Both the position numbers and the translations under genes were made by a program. DNA of 63,883 nucleotides, counting the filler, from Octopus bimaculoides (Eukaryota), in NCBI RefSeq assembly GCF_001194135.2. It is 7 parts of 6 records of this genome, joined end to end, with 100 filler letters (N's around TTAATTAATTAA, not from the genome) between each part and the next. Parts side by side here need not be neighbours in the genome. Positions count along the whole stretch, not along the records: positions 30,398 to 43,555 come from NC_068986.1; positions 43,656 to 47,575 come from NC_068982.1; 5 more parts are not named here. The stretch is one strand, 5' to 3'. The stretch's first letter is position 1; each line of letters opens with the position of its first letter. Positions 33,790 to 46,449 of the stretch are shown here, one piece after another. The notes beneath the pieces were generated by a model that searched no databases, was not told where the DNA came from, and saw only the letters and a program-made list of their open reading frames with translations.

Positions 33790-36700
33790 CGGATGAAGTG
33801 GAGGCGGGTTCAATTCGGACCACACGAGCCCCGCCTCACCACTGATACCTGGAGCACGTCCCGTGTCGCATTCATGCGGTTACATTCATACGCAACATCC
33901 GTGCAACATTCTTCCAACGATTTTCAAACATTTTCACAGTCAGGCATTTTCTCTCTAGCCTTATTTTCCTTTTCAGGTGAAAGGTGAAGTAATTCACCAA
34001 TACAGGACCAGAGATGAAGATGCCCGACTTTACCCCTTTCGTTCTCGTCTTCCAAATCACCTCTCTCGCAATTTCTACTATAATGAGAAAACAATTCTTA
34101 CCTTCTTTCGATAGGAAATCAGGCAGGTCAACTTTTACTATAGACTCAGTCGATACCTGTACTCTTCCAGCACTTGACAACAGTTGTTCAGCATAAACTC
34201 ACACGTCCGACACCTCCGAACACTAAACAATAGCGTACGCGACAGTTTCCCTATCCCGCCCGCATCTTGGACAGGTCGGTGGGCCTTGACCACTATGCCT
34301 TGTGAGCTTGTCCCGAACAAGTAAGGCTCCTCGGTCCGAATGTACGTTGGAACAGACTGGCCAGCTGATTATCGTCGAGACCTAGGGTCTCCCCCAACCC
34401 CAAGGTATCGTCACATTCCGCCTCTACTAACCCTCTATAAAAGAATGCGATGGAACCACTACCACAGGCATTGCCCGAGTGGCGGAATAGCAGGGGAGTC
34501 TTGCGACACTCCGTGAACCATGTACCCAACTTCGATCTACGATTCAACCAGGTTTCCTGTCCACACCCGTTCACCATCCAGGTAGAGCCAAAGATACCTC
34601 AACCCCAGCGCATGTCTGCGCATCAACAGCCAAGGCATCCCTAGCCCACCCTTTAACGTTTGTTGGCAGCAAATAGAGCGTCTCACAAGCCGTTTCAAGC
34701 CCTTTCACAAGTGGAAGAGTTGTCTTTCCAGCTTGATCAACCACGAATCAGGGCAAGGAACGACGGTTAGGCGGTAGGGGATGATCGATGCGATGAACAC
34801 ATTGACCACCTCCGCCCTCCCTTTCAGGGTTAACCACCGCCAAGTCCAGGTCTTGACTATGTGGGTCACCCTGCTCGATACCGCGGACCAATTCTTCTCT
34901 ACTTGCAGGTCTGGTCCGAACCAAACTCCTAGCAACTTAATCGGACCCTCCGTCCAACATCCCACGACGCTGTTAGGAGGCATCGACTTGCTTCTCCAGG
35001 TGCCAAGCTGCAAGCCGACTGACTTTTCACGATTAACCTTTGCTCCTGCCACCGTCTCGTAAACCGTAATGACCTTGCCCACCCTCTGTAGGTGATCCAT
35101 TTTGGTTACGATGGTGGTGATGTCATCCGCGTAAGCTGAAACCGACTTTCCACAACCTGGTTGTCTCGGGATACCACTCAATTTTCGCAGCAATGGCTCA
35201 CGAGCCATTACGTACAAAAGCGAGAGAGCGGACACCCTTGACGAACAGAGCGTTTGATGCTGAACAGCTTAGATAAAAATCTGTTCACCCGAACTACCGA
35301 GTCGATGTTGTCATAAATCTGAATGATCCACCTGAGGAAGCCAAGACCCAGGCCGAACTGTGCGAGAACGGACACCAGGTACCGATGTTCGACCCTATCA
35401 AAAGCCTTTGACTGGTCTAAATGTACCACCGCCGCGCCCTTACCAGAATCACTATTAAACTCTTCTAAAGTGTACTGTAGAAGATGGAGATTAACCTGGA
35501 TGGTTCTGCCGGGAACTGCACATGACTGTGCCTCCCCGATCAGACCATCCACGACACGTGCCAATCTTTTCGATAACACTTTGGACAAAATCTTCAACTC
35601 TGCGTTTAGCAGAGTGATGNNNNNNNNNNNNNNNNNNNNNNNNNNNNNNNNNNNNNNNNNNNNNNNNNNNNNNNNNNNNNNNNNNNNNNNNNNNNNNNNN
35701 NNNNNNNNNNNNNNNNNNNNNNNNNNNNNNNNNNNNNNNNNNNNNNNNNNNNNNNNNNNNNNNNNNNNNNNNNNNNNNNNNNNNNNNNNNNNNNNNNNNN
35801 NNNNNNNNNNNNNNNNNNNNNNNNNNNNNNNNNNNNNNNNNNNNNNNNNNNNNNNNNNNNNNNNNNNNNNNNNNNNNNNNNNNNNNNNNNNNNNNNNNNN
35901 NNNNNNNNNNNNNNNNNNNCCGTTAGGTCCTCCCTACTTTCCGGTCCGCCGCTCCCCACGAAAATCTGGGCGAAGTGCTCCTGAAAATCTTCGACATCTC
36001 CTCGGACTCGTCTATCAACTTACTTCGTTGGTTCGTCAAAGATCGGATTGTGGCATCGTTACCACGTTGAGCTTCCACCACTCGGGCCACTTGATTCCCT
36101 CACAACCCACTGTACGAAGCCTAGCCCTGACAATGCAACCCATATGTTTGGCTTCGAGGTGCTGGTTTAACGCCAGTCTCTTGGTCTTCACCTGAACCAG
36201 TTTCCATTGCTTCTTCTAAATCCTTAACTAATGCTGAATCCCTCCTAGCCTCTCTAGCCACTAAACCTATGCTTTTTGTTTTTGTTTGTTTGTTTCAGTC
36301 ATTTGACTGCAGTCATGCTGGAGCACCGCCTTCAGTCGAGCAAATTGATCCCAGGACTTATTCTCTGTAAGCCTAGTACTTATCGGTCTCTTTTGCCGAA
36401 CCACTGTTACCGAGGACGTAAACACACCAGCATCGGTTGTCAAGCAATAGTGAGGGAACAAACGCAGACATAGACACACACACATATCTATAAATACGAC
36501 GGGCTTCTTTCAGTTTCCGTCTACAAAATTCACTCACAAGGCTTTGGTCGGCCCGAGGCTATAGTAGAAGACACTTGCCCAAGGTACCACGCAGTGGGAC
36601 TGAACCCGTAACCATGTGGTTGGTAAGCAAGCTACTTACTACACAGCCACTCCTGCGCTAATATCTAATAGACTCGAATTTAATGGCTCGCTCGAGGGCA

Positions 36701-37600
36701 TACCACCATTTATTATCAATAACGGATCCGGTTAATGCCCTCTGGATCAGTAACTTAATCCGGTCTGTGTATTCCTTATTCGTCAAAAGGGACGTATTAA
36801 GTTTCCAGTAGCCAGGACCTCTATAATATAACTTATCTATGTCAAGCTTACAGGTGACCATTTTATGATCACTGTAACTGTCCGGGTAGAACTGTGGACA
36901 CCTAGCTATATTTCTATCAGCTTTTCTAATTAACACTCTATCTAGGTACGATCTGGAAGATCCGTCGCTGTTTGACCATGTCCATAATGGAGCGTTCGGG
37001 AATTACAGCCTATAAAGATCTACTAGCTCAAAGCGGCTTAGCAGTTCCAAGAAGCAATGATTACCATTTCTAACAGAACACGAGCCAACAATATCTGCAC
37101 GTGCATCGCAGATTGTGTTATAGTCTCTTAGCACAACTAAAGAATGTGATGTACCAAGAAACTTCTCCAGGTTTTGAAAATACTCGCTTTGCCCAGTATG
37201 CGGGGGGGGTGCATAAATTGCAACCAGTCTGATAATCTTACCACGGCTGAACGTCAAGTCCATGACGACCAGCCTACATGCTGGATCTGCGAAAATTAAC
37301 TTTTGCTCCGAAACCCGATTTCTTTTTAAGAAGACCAACACCCCGCTTCCGATAGAAGGACAACCCGGAGAGAGAAAAACTCTCGTAGCCATCCAACAGT
37401 GACCAGATCGCTTGGCCCCCTTAACCGGGTTTCTGTACCAACAATGACATTCAAATTATGCGACCTGATGTCATTAAGGAAGCGACCTTGCTTGCAGCTT
37501 GACCCCAGGCCACGTACATTTATATAACCAACATACTCACCCCTGTCATCAGTGGTTCGAAGCGTCTTCATTCTCTTTATCTTTATCTCGGGCTCGTGGG
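33790..37600 (-). pseudogene. L1/Tx1 ORF2 (APE endonuclease + reverse transcriptase), frameshifted
   Basis: INVRGL, GTET, LVAIYAP, YSDHK, GPGYWKLNTSLL; LDQSKAFDRV, VRQGCPLS, SAYADDI. Confidence 0.92.
36270..36657 (-). mobile_element. SINE family B nested in L1/Tx1 ORF2
   Basis: Full-length copy interrupting ORF2 after ESIRY. Confidence 0.88.
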
Positions 37601-37781
37601 GTATTTTGCCGTAGGCCCTCAAAAATGTGAGGCGAATAGTCCAACCTCAGAGGACCTACGTCATGATAGAATTCTGACTAGATGCGACCGTAATCCTTCC
37701 GGCCTATCTTGTATATTAAATAGTCTTTTGTTGTAAATTCTTCAACTCGTTTGGCTGTCCCAACGACTGCCAAACGGTTGA

Positions 37782-38747
37782 TTAGTATATTATTCCTTGC
37801 CTTAATGACCATGTAGTTCTGCTCTCTTTTTTCCACTTTTTCCTATGTATTTTCATTTTGGGAGGGGCGGTCTTTTTACTTTTTTTTAAAATTGTCGACC
37901 ACCCCTCCTCCTTGTTGCTTTCATCACTTGGCATTGGTGTTGTTGGTTCAGCTGTTGGTATTTCTGTTAATTTTTTCCCTCTTTCTTCCTCTACTTTCTT
38001 TCCTGCTTGGCATTCCGATCTTATGTGTGCCCTTTCAAACCGCACTGGAAGCACCTAGAGTGCCTGCCTTCCACGAAGACAATTGGTTTTTCCTCTCCGA
38101 CGCTTATGGTCTCCGCAATTTCTTCTACTGTTGGGACATCCACCTGAACTGTCATGTTCAAGCTTTGTCCCTTCCAGTTCTCTTTCTCAGCTATCGTTTC
38201 CTGGAGGAGAGTTACCTTTTCCTCCAGGTCCATGATTACTGCCACCAGCCAGGCGGCATCTACTTCAGGAGGTATATCATTTATTTTAATTTTGGATGTT
38301 CTTCTTCTCATGTAAGTGGGAAGAAGCACCACCTCCTCTGTTCTCGGCCTTTTAGAAGAGTGCTGCCTGGCTATTTCCTCTGATTTAAAACGAACTTCGA
38401 CGGTTTCGAACCGTTTTCCCCGGTTTATGTATGTATTGTCCGACTATATTGATCTTAAACATTTTTCGATCTTCTCTTCGTCAGTTTTAAATATTATCTT
38501 TTTTCCGACATTATGTTTTGTAAATGATTCTTCTTTGTTCTACTTTTTGTGTTGTTTCAGTCGGAGGGGCTAATTGAATGTCTGTTCCCTCCTTTTTCAT
38601 CATTGACATATGCTCCTTCCAAATTTCCGATGTTAACCTTTTTTCCTTCTTTTCAGTCACATCTGCGAAGTTCAATTTTCTTGGTGTATCCACTGGTGAG
38701 TTACTTTCTTCACCTGACACAGGTGAACATGAATTTTCACTTTCCAT
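37782..38747 (-). pseudogene. L1/Tx1 ORF1 (gag-like, CCHC knuckle CFQCGLKGHTRSEC)
   Basis: ORF pieces 38511-38747, 38021-38332 and 37782-38054. Confidence 0.85.
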
Positions 38748-38874
38748 TTTTCACAAAACAATTTTTTGGCTCAACGTCGTAAATTTTTGGGGGGACCTAA
38801 GCCCCACACAACTAGCTTAAAGCTACAGAAAATAATAACAATTCCCCCGCAGTTGGGAATTAAAACAAGCTTAC

Positions 38875-40053
38875 GGATCTTTTCCTTTTTGGTCAGCACA
38901 TTTAAAAAATATTTTTTTGTAACTAAACACTTTCAAATTTCGTATACTGGTAGAATGTGTCATTTAAAACATCATTTACTCTTGGCATTTTTAAAGAAAA
39001 TTCTTTATTTTCGAGGTTATTTCGTGTTAAAGTTGTCGTATTTCGGTAATTTCAACCAATCAATGACGTCTATTGAGGTGAAAACAATTACTGCTGTGGT
39101 TTGTAAACAAGACGTTCCGTCGGTGTATATTTAGTTTGTCACTGTTATTTCTGATGTATTTACATTTGAGATACACGTGTGTATAGTTTAGTCAATTCAG
39201 TTATTAGTTATTAAAAAAAATTTTTTTCAGTTTATTTTGTTTGTGAAAGTATTTTCGCTTTGTTTTAGCGTTTTCGAAATTGCCTAGTTTGGGATCTGCC
39301 GTTGTTTGTCAACAACAACTATCGGCGGTATATATTTCGTTTGTCACTGTTATTCATGACATCGTTCGTGCGTTTGTACTGGTTTTAGCATTAAGGATTT
39401 AGGGTTAAGGTTAGGGTTCGGGTTTTAGAGTTAGGGTTAGGGTTAGGGTTAATGTTTTAGGGTCAGGGTTAGGGTTTTAGGGTTAGGGATAGCGTTTTAG
39501 AATTAGGGTTAGATTAGGGTTTAGGTTTTAGGGTTAGGGTTTTAAAGTTAGGGTTAGGGTTTTAGAGTTAGGGTTAGGGTTGGGATTTTAAGATTAGAGT
39601 TACGGAAAAAGGTGAAAAGTGAAGAAATTGGAGGGGGAGGGGGGCAAAAATGTCTTTCCGAAAATAGTAGCTGAAAAAACCCTAATCTAACCCTAAAACC
39701 CTAACCCTAACCCTGACCCTAAAACCCTAACCCTAAAACCCTAAAGCTAAAACCAGTACAAACGCACGAACGATGTCATAAATAACAGTGACAAACGAAA
39801 TATACACCGCCGGAACGTCTGGTTGACAAACAACAGCAGTAATTGTTTTCACTTCAATAGACGAAATTGATTGGTTGAAATTACCGAAATATGACAACTT
39901 TAACACGAAATAACTTCGAAAATAAACAATTTTCTCAAAAACGCCAAGAGTAAATGATGTTTTATGTGACACATTCTACCAGTATACGAATTTTGAAAGT
40001 GTTTAGTTGCAAAAAATTATTTTTTAAATGTGCCGGCCAAAGGGAAAAGATCC
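38875..40053. mobile_element. Larger MITE of the same family with telomeric arrays
   Basis: Ends ggatcttttcc...ggaaaagatcc; 9-bp TSD caagcttac (38866-38874, 40054-40062). Arms share tggtagaatgtgtcat and ttcaaccaatca motifs with the 18491 copy. Confidence 0.85.
39397..39745. repeat. Degenerate (TTAGGG/TTTTAGGG)n 39397-39600, spacer, then (CCCTAA/CCCTAAAA)n 39676-39745
   Basis: Read directly. Confidence 0.92.
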
Positions 40054-40523
40054 CAAGCTTACTTCNNNNNNNNNNNNNNNNNNNNNNNNNNNNNNNNNNN
40101 NNNNNNNNNNNNNNNNNNNNNNNNNNNNNNNNNNNNNNNNNNNNNNNNNNNNNNNNNNNNNNNNNNNNNNNNNNNNNNNNNNNNNNNNNNNNNNNNNNNN
40201 NNNNNNNNNNNNNNNNNNNNNNNNNNNNNNNNNNNNNNNNNNNNNNNNNNNNNNNNNNNNNNNNNNNNNNNNNNNNNNNNNNNNNNNNNNNNNNNNNNNN
40301 NNNNNNNNNNNNNNNNNNNNNNNNNNNNNNNNNNNNNNNNNNNNNNNNNNNNNNNNNNNNNNNNNNNNNNNNNNNNNNNNNNNNNNNNNNNNNNNNNNNN
40401 NNNNNNNNNNNNNNNNNNNNNNNNNNNNNNNNNNNNNNNNNNNNNNNNNNNNNNNNNNNNNNNNNNNNNNNNNNNNNNNNNNNNNNNNNNNNNNNNNNNN
40501 NNNNNNNNNNNNNNNNNNNNNNN

Positions 40524-41090
40524 AGAAGAGAATACTGTCTAAATGTAACCACTCGACTTCGAGGGTCGAGTGGGCGTTCCTCCTCATTATATCATCTTTC
40601 CATAATTCATGCGTTTCTTTTAATTTTGCTTCTTTTCTTAAATTCCCCCTGAAATAGACGTGGCTTGGGTGGTGGCGGTAATACTTCTTGGAAATGAGAA
40701 GGAAGTGGCCGTGCTCCAAGCTACAGAAACAGAGGCAAGGAATTGGCGAGGCAAAGTTCTGGATATGTTAATTCAAATTTCAGTAGAAAATATGGAGAAA
40801 CTGGCAGAAACGGTGTCAGTAGGAGATACTGTAATGAAAGTGTGGGTGGAGGGCTGCTACAAATGCGGCCTAAAGGGCCACATTAGAGCGGACTGTCCTA
40901 AAAAACCAGCATGCACAGAAGGTCGAGAAGGAAATGGTGGAAGAGAAGGAGGAAACTGGCGAGGAAGGATGGAGAGTAACTGGAAGGAAAGAACAGAGGA
41001 AGAGGAAGAAGGACAGTCAAAGTTGATTTGAACAGCTGGATAGAGGAAATAGGCAGAAAATCTACGCAGTGTTATTAGGGACACCTAGGA
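40524..41090 (+). mobile_element. L1/Tx1 copy with 5' UTR fused to mid-ORF1
   Basis: 40610-40645 matches 32097-32135; EIDVAWVVAVIL...CYKCGLKGHIRADCP is homologous to ORF1 at 38021-38332. Confidence 0.8.
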
Positions 41091-41179
41091 TACTTAAGAA
41101 GGTTCTTGGCATCTAAGGTTACTTGTTGTGGCCCAATGTCATGAATTTTTCTTTTCTACCAGTCTAATCTGTTGTGTGT

Positions 41180-41210
<31 letters not shown>

Positions 41211-41223
41211 TAATAATAATAAT

Positions 41224-41502
41224 AATTCACCTCTGGAAACATGGGTGTTTCGTTCATCATCCTTAAACAAACCTTATTCAGGGACCTTTTGAGCGGGATG
41301 AACTACTCAACGTGAAGAAAATTCTAACTGGACCCCCACCTGCAAGATCATGCGCTGTTTATCTTGATATAAGATCACCATGTGGTTATGATGCATGTAC
41401 TTGGTGTACCCTTATCAGACAGGTAGTCATGATGTGTATATTGGGCTTCGTATAATTGTACCCCAGTGTCACTTTGATGGCATGCTCTGCTCTCTCATTC
41501 AA
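41224..41502 (+). mobile_element. Retroposon 3'-UTR family embedded in (AAT)n
   Basis: Aligns to 52997-53292; both end gctctctca(t/c)tc + (AAT)n. Confidence 0.6.
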
Positions 41503-41506
41503 TAAC

Positions 41507-41601
<95 letters not shown>

Positions 41602-41604
<3 letters not shown>

Positions 41605-43165
41605 CATTTATTTGCCACAAAGGCAAAGGATGAGGGGGGACAATACAAAGACAGGCATAAAATGTGAGGATTTACATATAATGAAATGATAAAAAAAAAG
41701 GAAGAAGAAAATTAAATATACACACGGTATACACTGAAAAAGAAGAGACATATGCATAGCATACAAAGGTTTAAATAAAAAAGGAAAAAAGTGGCGGGGA
41801 GGATGATAGAGATGTGGCCCTCCTGATACAGGAAGGTCTCTAGGGAACCCCACTATCCAAGATATCCCTGAAACCCCAAGAGGAAGTGCACTCTTCAATT
41901 CCTTCTCTNNNNNNNNNNNNNNNNNNNNNNNNNNNNNNNNNNNNNNNNNNNNNNNNNNNNNNNNNNNNNNNNNNNNNNNNNNNNNNNNNNNNNNNNNNNN
42001 NNNNNNNNNNNNNNNNNNNNNNNNNNNNNNNNNNNNNNNNNNNNNNNNNNNNNNNNNNNNNNNNNNNNNNNNNNNNNNNNNNNNNNNNNNNNNNNNNNNN
42101 NNNNNNNNNTGCCCAATTGAAGGAGGGCGGCGATGCGATCATCACAGACTCAGCCGCCAGACGGATCCAACCCACATGTGATAGCAACTGTTCGACATAA
42201 CCTCACAAGTTAGCCATGTCTAGACACTGAATGAGGGCGTGCAGAACGGTTTCGTTACTGCGCCCACCTCGGACAAGTCCGTGTGATAGCACATCCGTGC
42301 CTGTAGAGTTTATCTCGAAGCATTAGTTCTCGATCGGAAAGTCCTCCGGAACAGACTAGCCAGTTCGTTCACGTCGTCGCACTTTCCCACCACTAATCCT
42401 CTATAAATTTCTAAAGTCGAACATCCACCGATCCCATTGTCTGACTAGTAGAGGGCTGCGAGCGCCTGACGACATTCTAGGTACCAGAGGCCCTTTCTCG
42501 GTCTTTTCTTCAAGGACTGCAGCTCCATCAAGGAGAGGAGTTGCGGAAAGACGTAATTCACAAACGGTGCTCACACACGCTCACCGTCCAGAAATCGTTG
42601 TAGGTGGCGTAATCTAAGAGCGTGTCTGCGCATTAGGAGCTACGGCATACCTAATCCATCACTCAGAGGATGCTGGCAACAAACTGACCGCCTGACCATT
42701 GGAACGCGTCCCTTCCACAAGAATTTAAACAAGAGACGCTCCAACCTGGTCAAGCAATAACCGAGACAAGGCAACACGGTCAGGCGATAAATGATAACGG
42801 AGGCGATGTATGCATTCACCGCCTCTGCCCGACCTTTCAGGGACAGCTTCCACTCAGCCCATTTCTGGATAAGACTGTCTACCCTGTTCACCACCTCGTC
42901 CCAATTCTTATCAACTTGGAGGTCGGGACCAAACCAGTCCCCGAGCAGTTTAACTGGTCCGTCGGTCCAGCGTCCGACGACGCCATCCGATGGCACTGTT
43001 CTTCCTCTGCATGAGCCCAGCCACAAACTCCTGATTTGTCAGCGTTGATTTCAGTCCCTGCAATCGACTCATATTCCTTTAGGATGATGCCTACCGTCTC
43101 CACTTCGGAGGCGTCCGATACCATGACGGTAACGTCGTCCGTGTATGCCTTCCTTGACCTAGTTC
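41602..43165 (-). mobile_element. 5'-truncated L1/Tx1 ORF2 3' half with 3' UTR
   Basis: YTDDVTVMV...GPVKLLGDWFGPDLQ...LSLKGRAEAVN; AATAAA followed by (ATC)n(ATT)n tail. Confidence 0.88.
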
Positions 43166-43190
43166 GAAAGGGATGTTCCTTAACTCATAC

Positions 43191-43369
43191 AATTCTATAT
43201 TTAAGAGATGAGAAAGTATGTACATTATTTATATTTGACGGGTATTTGTCCTCATCTTGTTTGTTGTTAACACAACGTTTCGGTTGATATACCCTCCAGC
43301 CTTCGTCAGGTGTCTTGGGGAAATTTCGAACATGGGTTCTCATTCCAAAAGTATTTTTCGATGTTGTTC

Positions 43370-43404
<35 letters not shown>

Positions 43405-43480
43405 GGGGCTACTAACTCCAAGCTTCCGAGTTCGATTCCAGGCAGTGACCTGAACAACAACAACAACAACAATAATAATG

Positions 43481-43520
<40 letters not shown>

Positions 43521-43555
43521 CAACAACAGCAACATCGAAAAATACCTTAGGAATG
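43191..43555. mobile_element. Same PLE-type repeat plus an inverted partial copy
   Basis: 43191-43390 matches 11287-11490; 43420-43555 is the reverse complement of its 3' part (cattcctaaggtatttttcgatgtt, aggtcactgcctggaatcgaactcggaa). Confidence 0.6.
43269..43314 (-). ncRNA. Minimal type I hammerhead motif, same family as 11362
   Basis: Minus: GACAC-CUGACGA-A-GGCUG...CAACC-GAAAC-GUU/GUGUU; one stem II mismatch. Confidence 0.5.
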
Positions 43556-43655
43556 NNNNNNNNNNNNNNNNNNNNNNNNNNNNNNNNNNNNNNNNNNNNT
43601 TAATTAATTAANNNNNNNNNNNNNNNNNNNNNNNNNNNNNNNNNNNNNNNNNNNN

Positions 43656-44010
43656 AGTAAAAACATTCCCAACAATTCAACTTCTCTGGTTGACATTAAC
43701 ACCCCCACCCCCAATAGGGGCCTTCATTCCCACATTTTAGAGCTCCGTGAGCTCCATTTTGCAGAAGCAAAATCTTTTTTACAGGTTCCAGAAGACTGAA
43801 ATGTTGGAATATGCGCATAAAGATCAATAGTATGGGATACATGTCTCATGATTAGAATTTTTTAGGGTGTGTAAAGAGGGAAAGAACCCTCATGTGCAAT
43901 TTTGATGAAATTCGAATCATATGTATTCCAGTTCCTTACAGAAAATATAACAGAAAAGTCTCATTTTTCAATTGCATGTAACACGGGCAACGCCGGGTAT
44001 CTCTGCTAGT
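43656..44010 (+). mobile_element. Non-autonomous Helitron 3' end
   Basis: Ends cacgggcaacgccgggtatctctgCTAGT (GC-rich subterminal motif then CTAG-T). Confidence 0.6.
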
Positions 44011-44682
44011 TTAAAATAAAATAACACCACATACTGCAAAGAAATTAATGAAAGCACCGACCTACATCTTCACCTCATTACTGTCTGAAGCTGAAGTACT
44101 GCTAGCATTCTATCAGCGGAAGACCCTACCTACTTCCAAGAGGAATTGACGTTGTACACAATAATACAAAATAATATATGACAACTTACTCACAAATTGC
44201 AAAGCTCCGGTTTGACTTTCAGCAGTAATTAAAACTAAATCATTCTGTAAAGTTTTGCTCAGTTGAAAACTAGAGATCATTCTATATTTTGTTTCAAAAT
44301 TCTTGTCTCTCGAAGCAACAGTTTAATCAATATTTAACTAGCGTTTTCTTGTTTTTCGATACGGATGGTTTACTTCTGAATTCTATCACAAAACATTCCG
44401 ACCTTATTTATATTTCTACTGTACTTAACAACTTGACTGGAAAACCCTAACCCTACACTCAGAGGAATTCTACTTTGTGCTCAAGGTGAGAATGCAATAC
44501 AAAAACTAAAATGATCAATTTTATTATAAATACTAATCATAATCTTTTTATTTACACTAACCACCTTGCCATCTGAATTGTCAACCTCATCTAGTAATTC
44601 ACCACTTGTATTAACTTTGAGACCTTCCGGATACATTTCCGCAAGCAAATATTAAAAAATGTTGATGTATCTGCAGCATCCA

Positions 44683-44763
<81 letters not shown>

Positions 44764-45579
44764 TAATAAAGGGCTACAATTACCACCCATCAGAATAACC
44801 TTAATTTGTTTAAAAAAGATTATTGCCAATATAATATATGCATTATTAATGATAACGTATTATTAACGATCAACCATTATATCTGCACTTAGACAAATAA
44901 ACTTCACTGTTTATAATGAAAATATATTTATAACCGTTATTAAACATTATATCAGTAACTTTAGATATACATTGTTACATTCTTCTATTCTTCTAAGATC
45001 ATTAGTATATAGCGCAGAGAAATAACTATGTACTTAAATCCTTTGCATCTTGTTTAAAAATTTATGATTCGACTTATTACTCACAAATAAATTAACATCT
45101 GAATTGCAAAACATTCTTTCCCAGCACTCCATAAAAGACGACCTTTTGAAATTGGGGATAAGTTTTCACCCTAAAATGTTTTCATATAAAAGTATAACTG
45201 TAAAAATATTAGCGTATGTTTTTTTAAAAATGCGTTTGAAATAAAAAGAAAATCACATTTTACGGAAAAGTTTTCATATAAAAAATGTCAGTGCATGTTT
45301 TCACCAAAGAGTTATTACAGAAAAAGGAAGACTACATCTTACTAACTGCTTTATGGCCTTTTTAGCTTACCAAGTTTAAAGTATGTTTGTTAATGCAACA
45401 TTCTTGCCCGATGAGTTTATTGGTGTTTAGAGTTTCATTTCATGAAAGATTCTCATTTAACCTGTGTTAATCTATTTACGCTCATAGTTTGACTAATCCC
45501 ATTTTTTGTATTTTTCAGTTCTTTACCATTCGATTTCACCAATTAACATATTCATTGCATCACCATAACAGAGGCCATA

Positions 45580-45628
45580 ATGTTCCAGCATCTTTTAGTG
45601 CTTTTTCTAGGTTGTTTCCTATGTACAG
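45580..45628 (+). CDS. Putative first coding exon encoding a signal-peptide-like MFQHLLVLFLGCFLCT
   Basis: Exon 45519-45628 with acceptor ttttgtatttttcag and donor CAG|gtaagt; hydrophobic N-terminus; phase 1. No homology recognised. Confidence 0.5.
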
Positions 45629-46041
45629 GTAAGTTCGTCTTTTCTATTTTCCTCAATTTGTCGACATTTTATAAGGTACATCATTCAGCATACGTATTCC
45701 TCTACTTTGATGTTTTATTCGAAATCCAAGCGAGTGTCGTGAAGTCAAAAACAGACTCCTTACAATCAAATGCAAGTGAGGCATTTTCGATTACTTGTCA
45801 GTTTTATTTCTCTGTTGTTGAATTGAGTGTTACTCATCGTATGGCGTGTAATCTTGAAAGTATACTTTTCCAACCATCAGGGATTATGGAATATTTACAA
45901 TATTTATGAAACGAAAGTGCTAAGCAGTGATAAGTATAAATGCAAACTTGTTACCAGTTCAGATATGTTTGAGGCATATTCGAACTCATAAGAAAGCCAT
46001 TTACTGCATTTTGTCGCGGAGAAACTTTTTGCTGTTGACAG

Positions 46042-46286
46042 ATGGGTGTAAACACACCGAATCAGTTCGAAGCATCTCACTAACCAGACTGGTAGATGGA
46101 TACATTTCGGAGTGGGCTTCGCCTCTTCAGTATCAGAAGCCTACAATTTCGGTTTCTGGTGCTGAGGAGGAGATAGGTCCGTCTACCAACAATATGACGG
46201 ATCTTCGAACCCCAGAAACAGCTGTTGGACTTATAACACCTTGCTTCTTCCCTTTTAATTTTCTGTGTCATTTGTACTTTGAGTAA
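46042..46286 (+). CDS. Putative second coding exon (DGCKHTESVRSISLTRLVDGYISEWASPLQYQKPTISVSG...)
   Basis: Acceptor ttttgctgttgacag is phase-compatible with the previous exon. The frame is open to TAA at 46284-46286, or it splices at ga|gtaagt (46282). Confidence 0.38.
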
Positions 46287-46399
46287 GTTGGATCTATTAA
46301 TATAACTATCTATATATTTATACTTAAATATTCATCGTCTGAAAGTCTCTACTTGTTACTTTTTCTCGTTTTGTATGTATGTATACATACATACATGCA

Positions 46400-46449
<50 letters not shown>

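Larger units (their letters stand above)
33657..38860 (-). mobile_element. Near full-length decayed L1/Tx1-clade non-LTR retrotransposon
   Basis: ORF1, APE, RT and a C-terminal CPRC finger in order; poly-A at 33657-33665; interrupted by a gap and a SINE. Confidence 0.92.

Noticed and set aside
46042-46120. Cys-loop/chemotactile receptor identity for the putative secreted protein
   Set aside because: Only a vague LVDGY..P resemblance; no further ligand-binding-domain motifs in the window.
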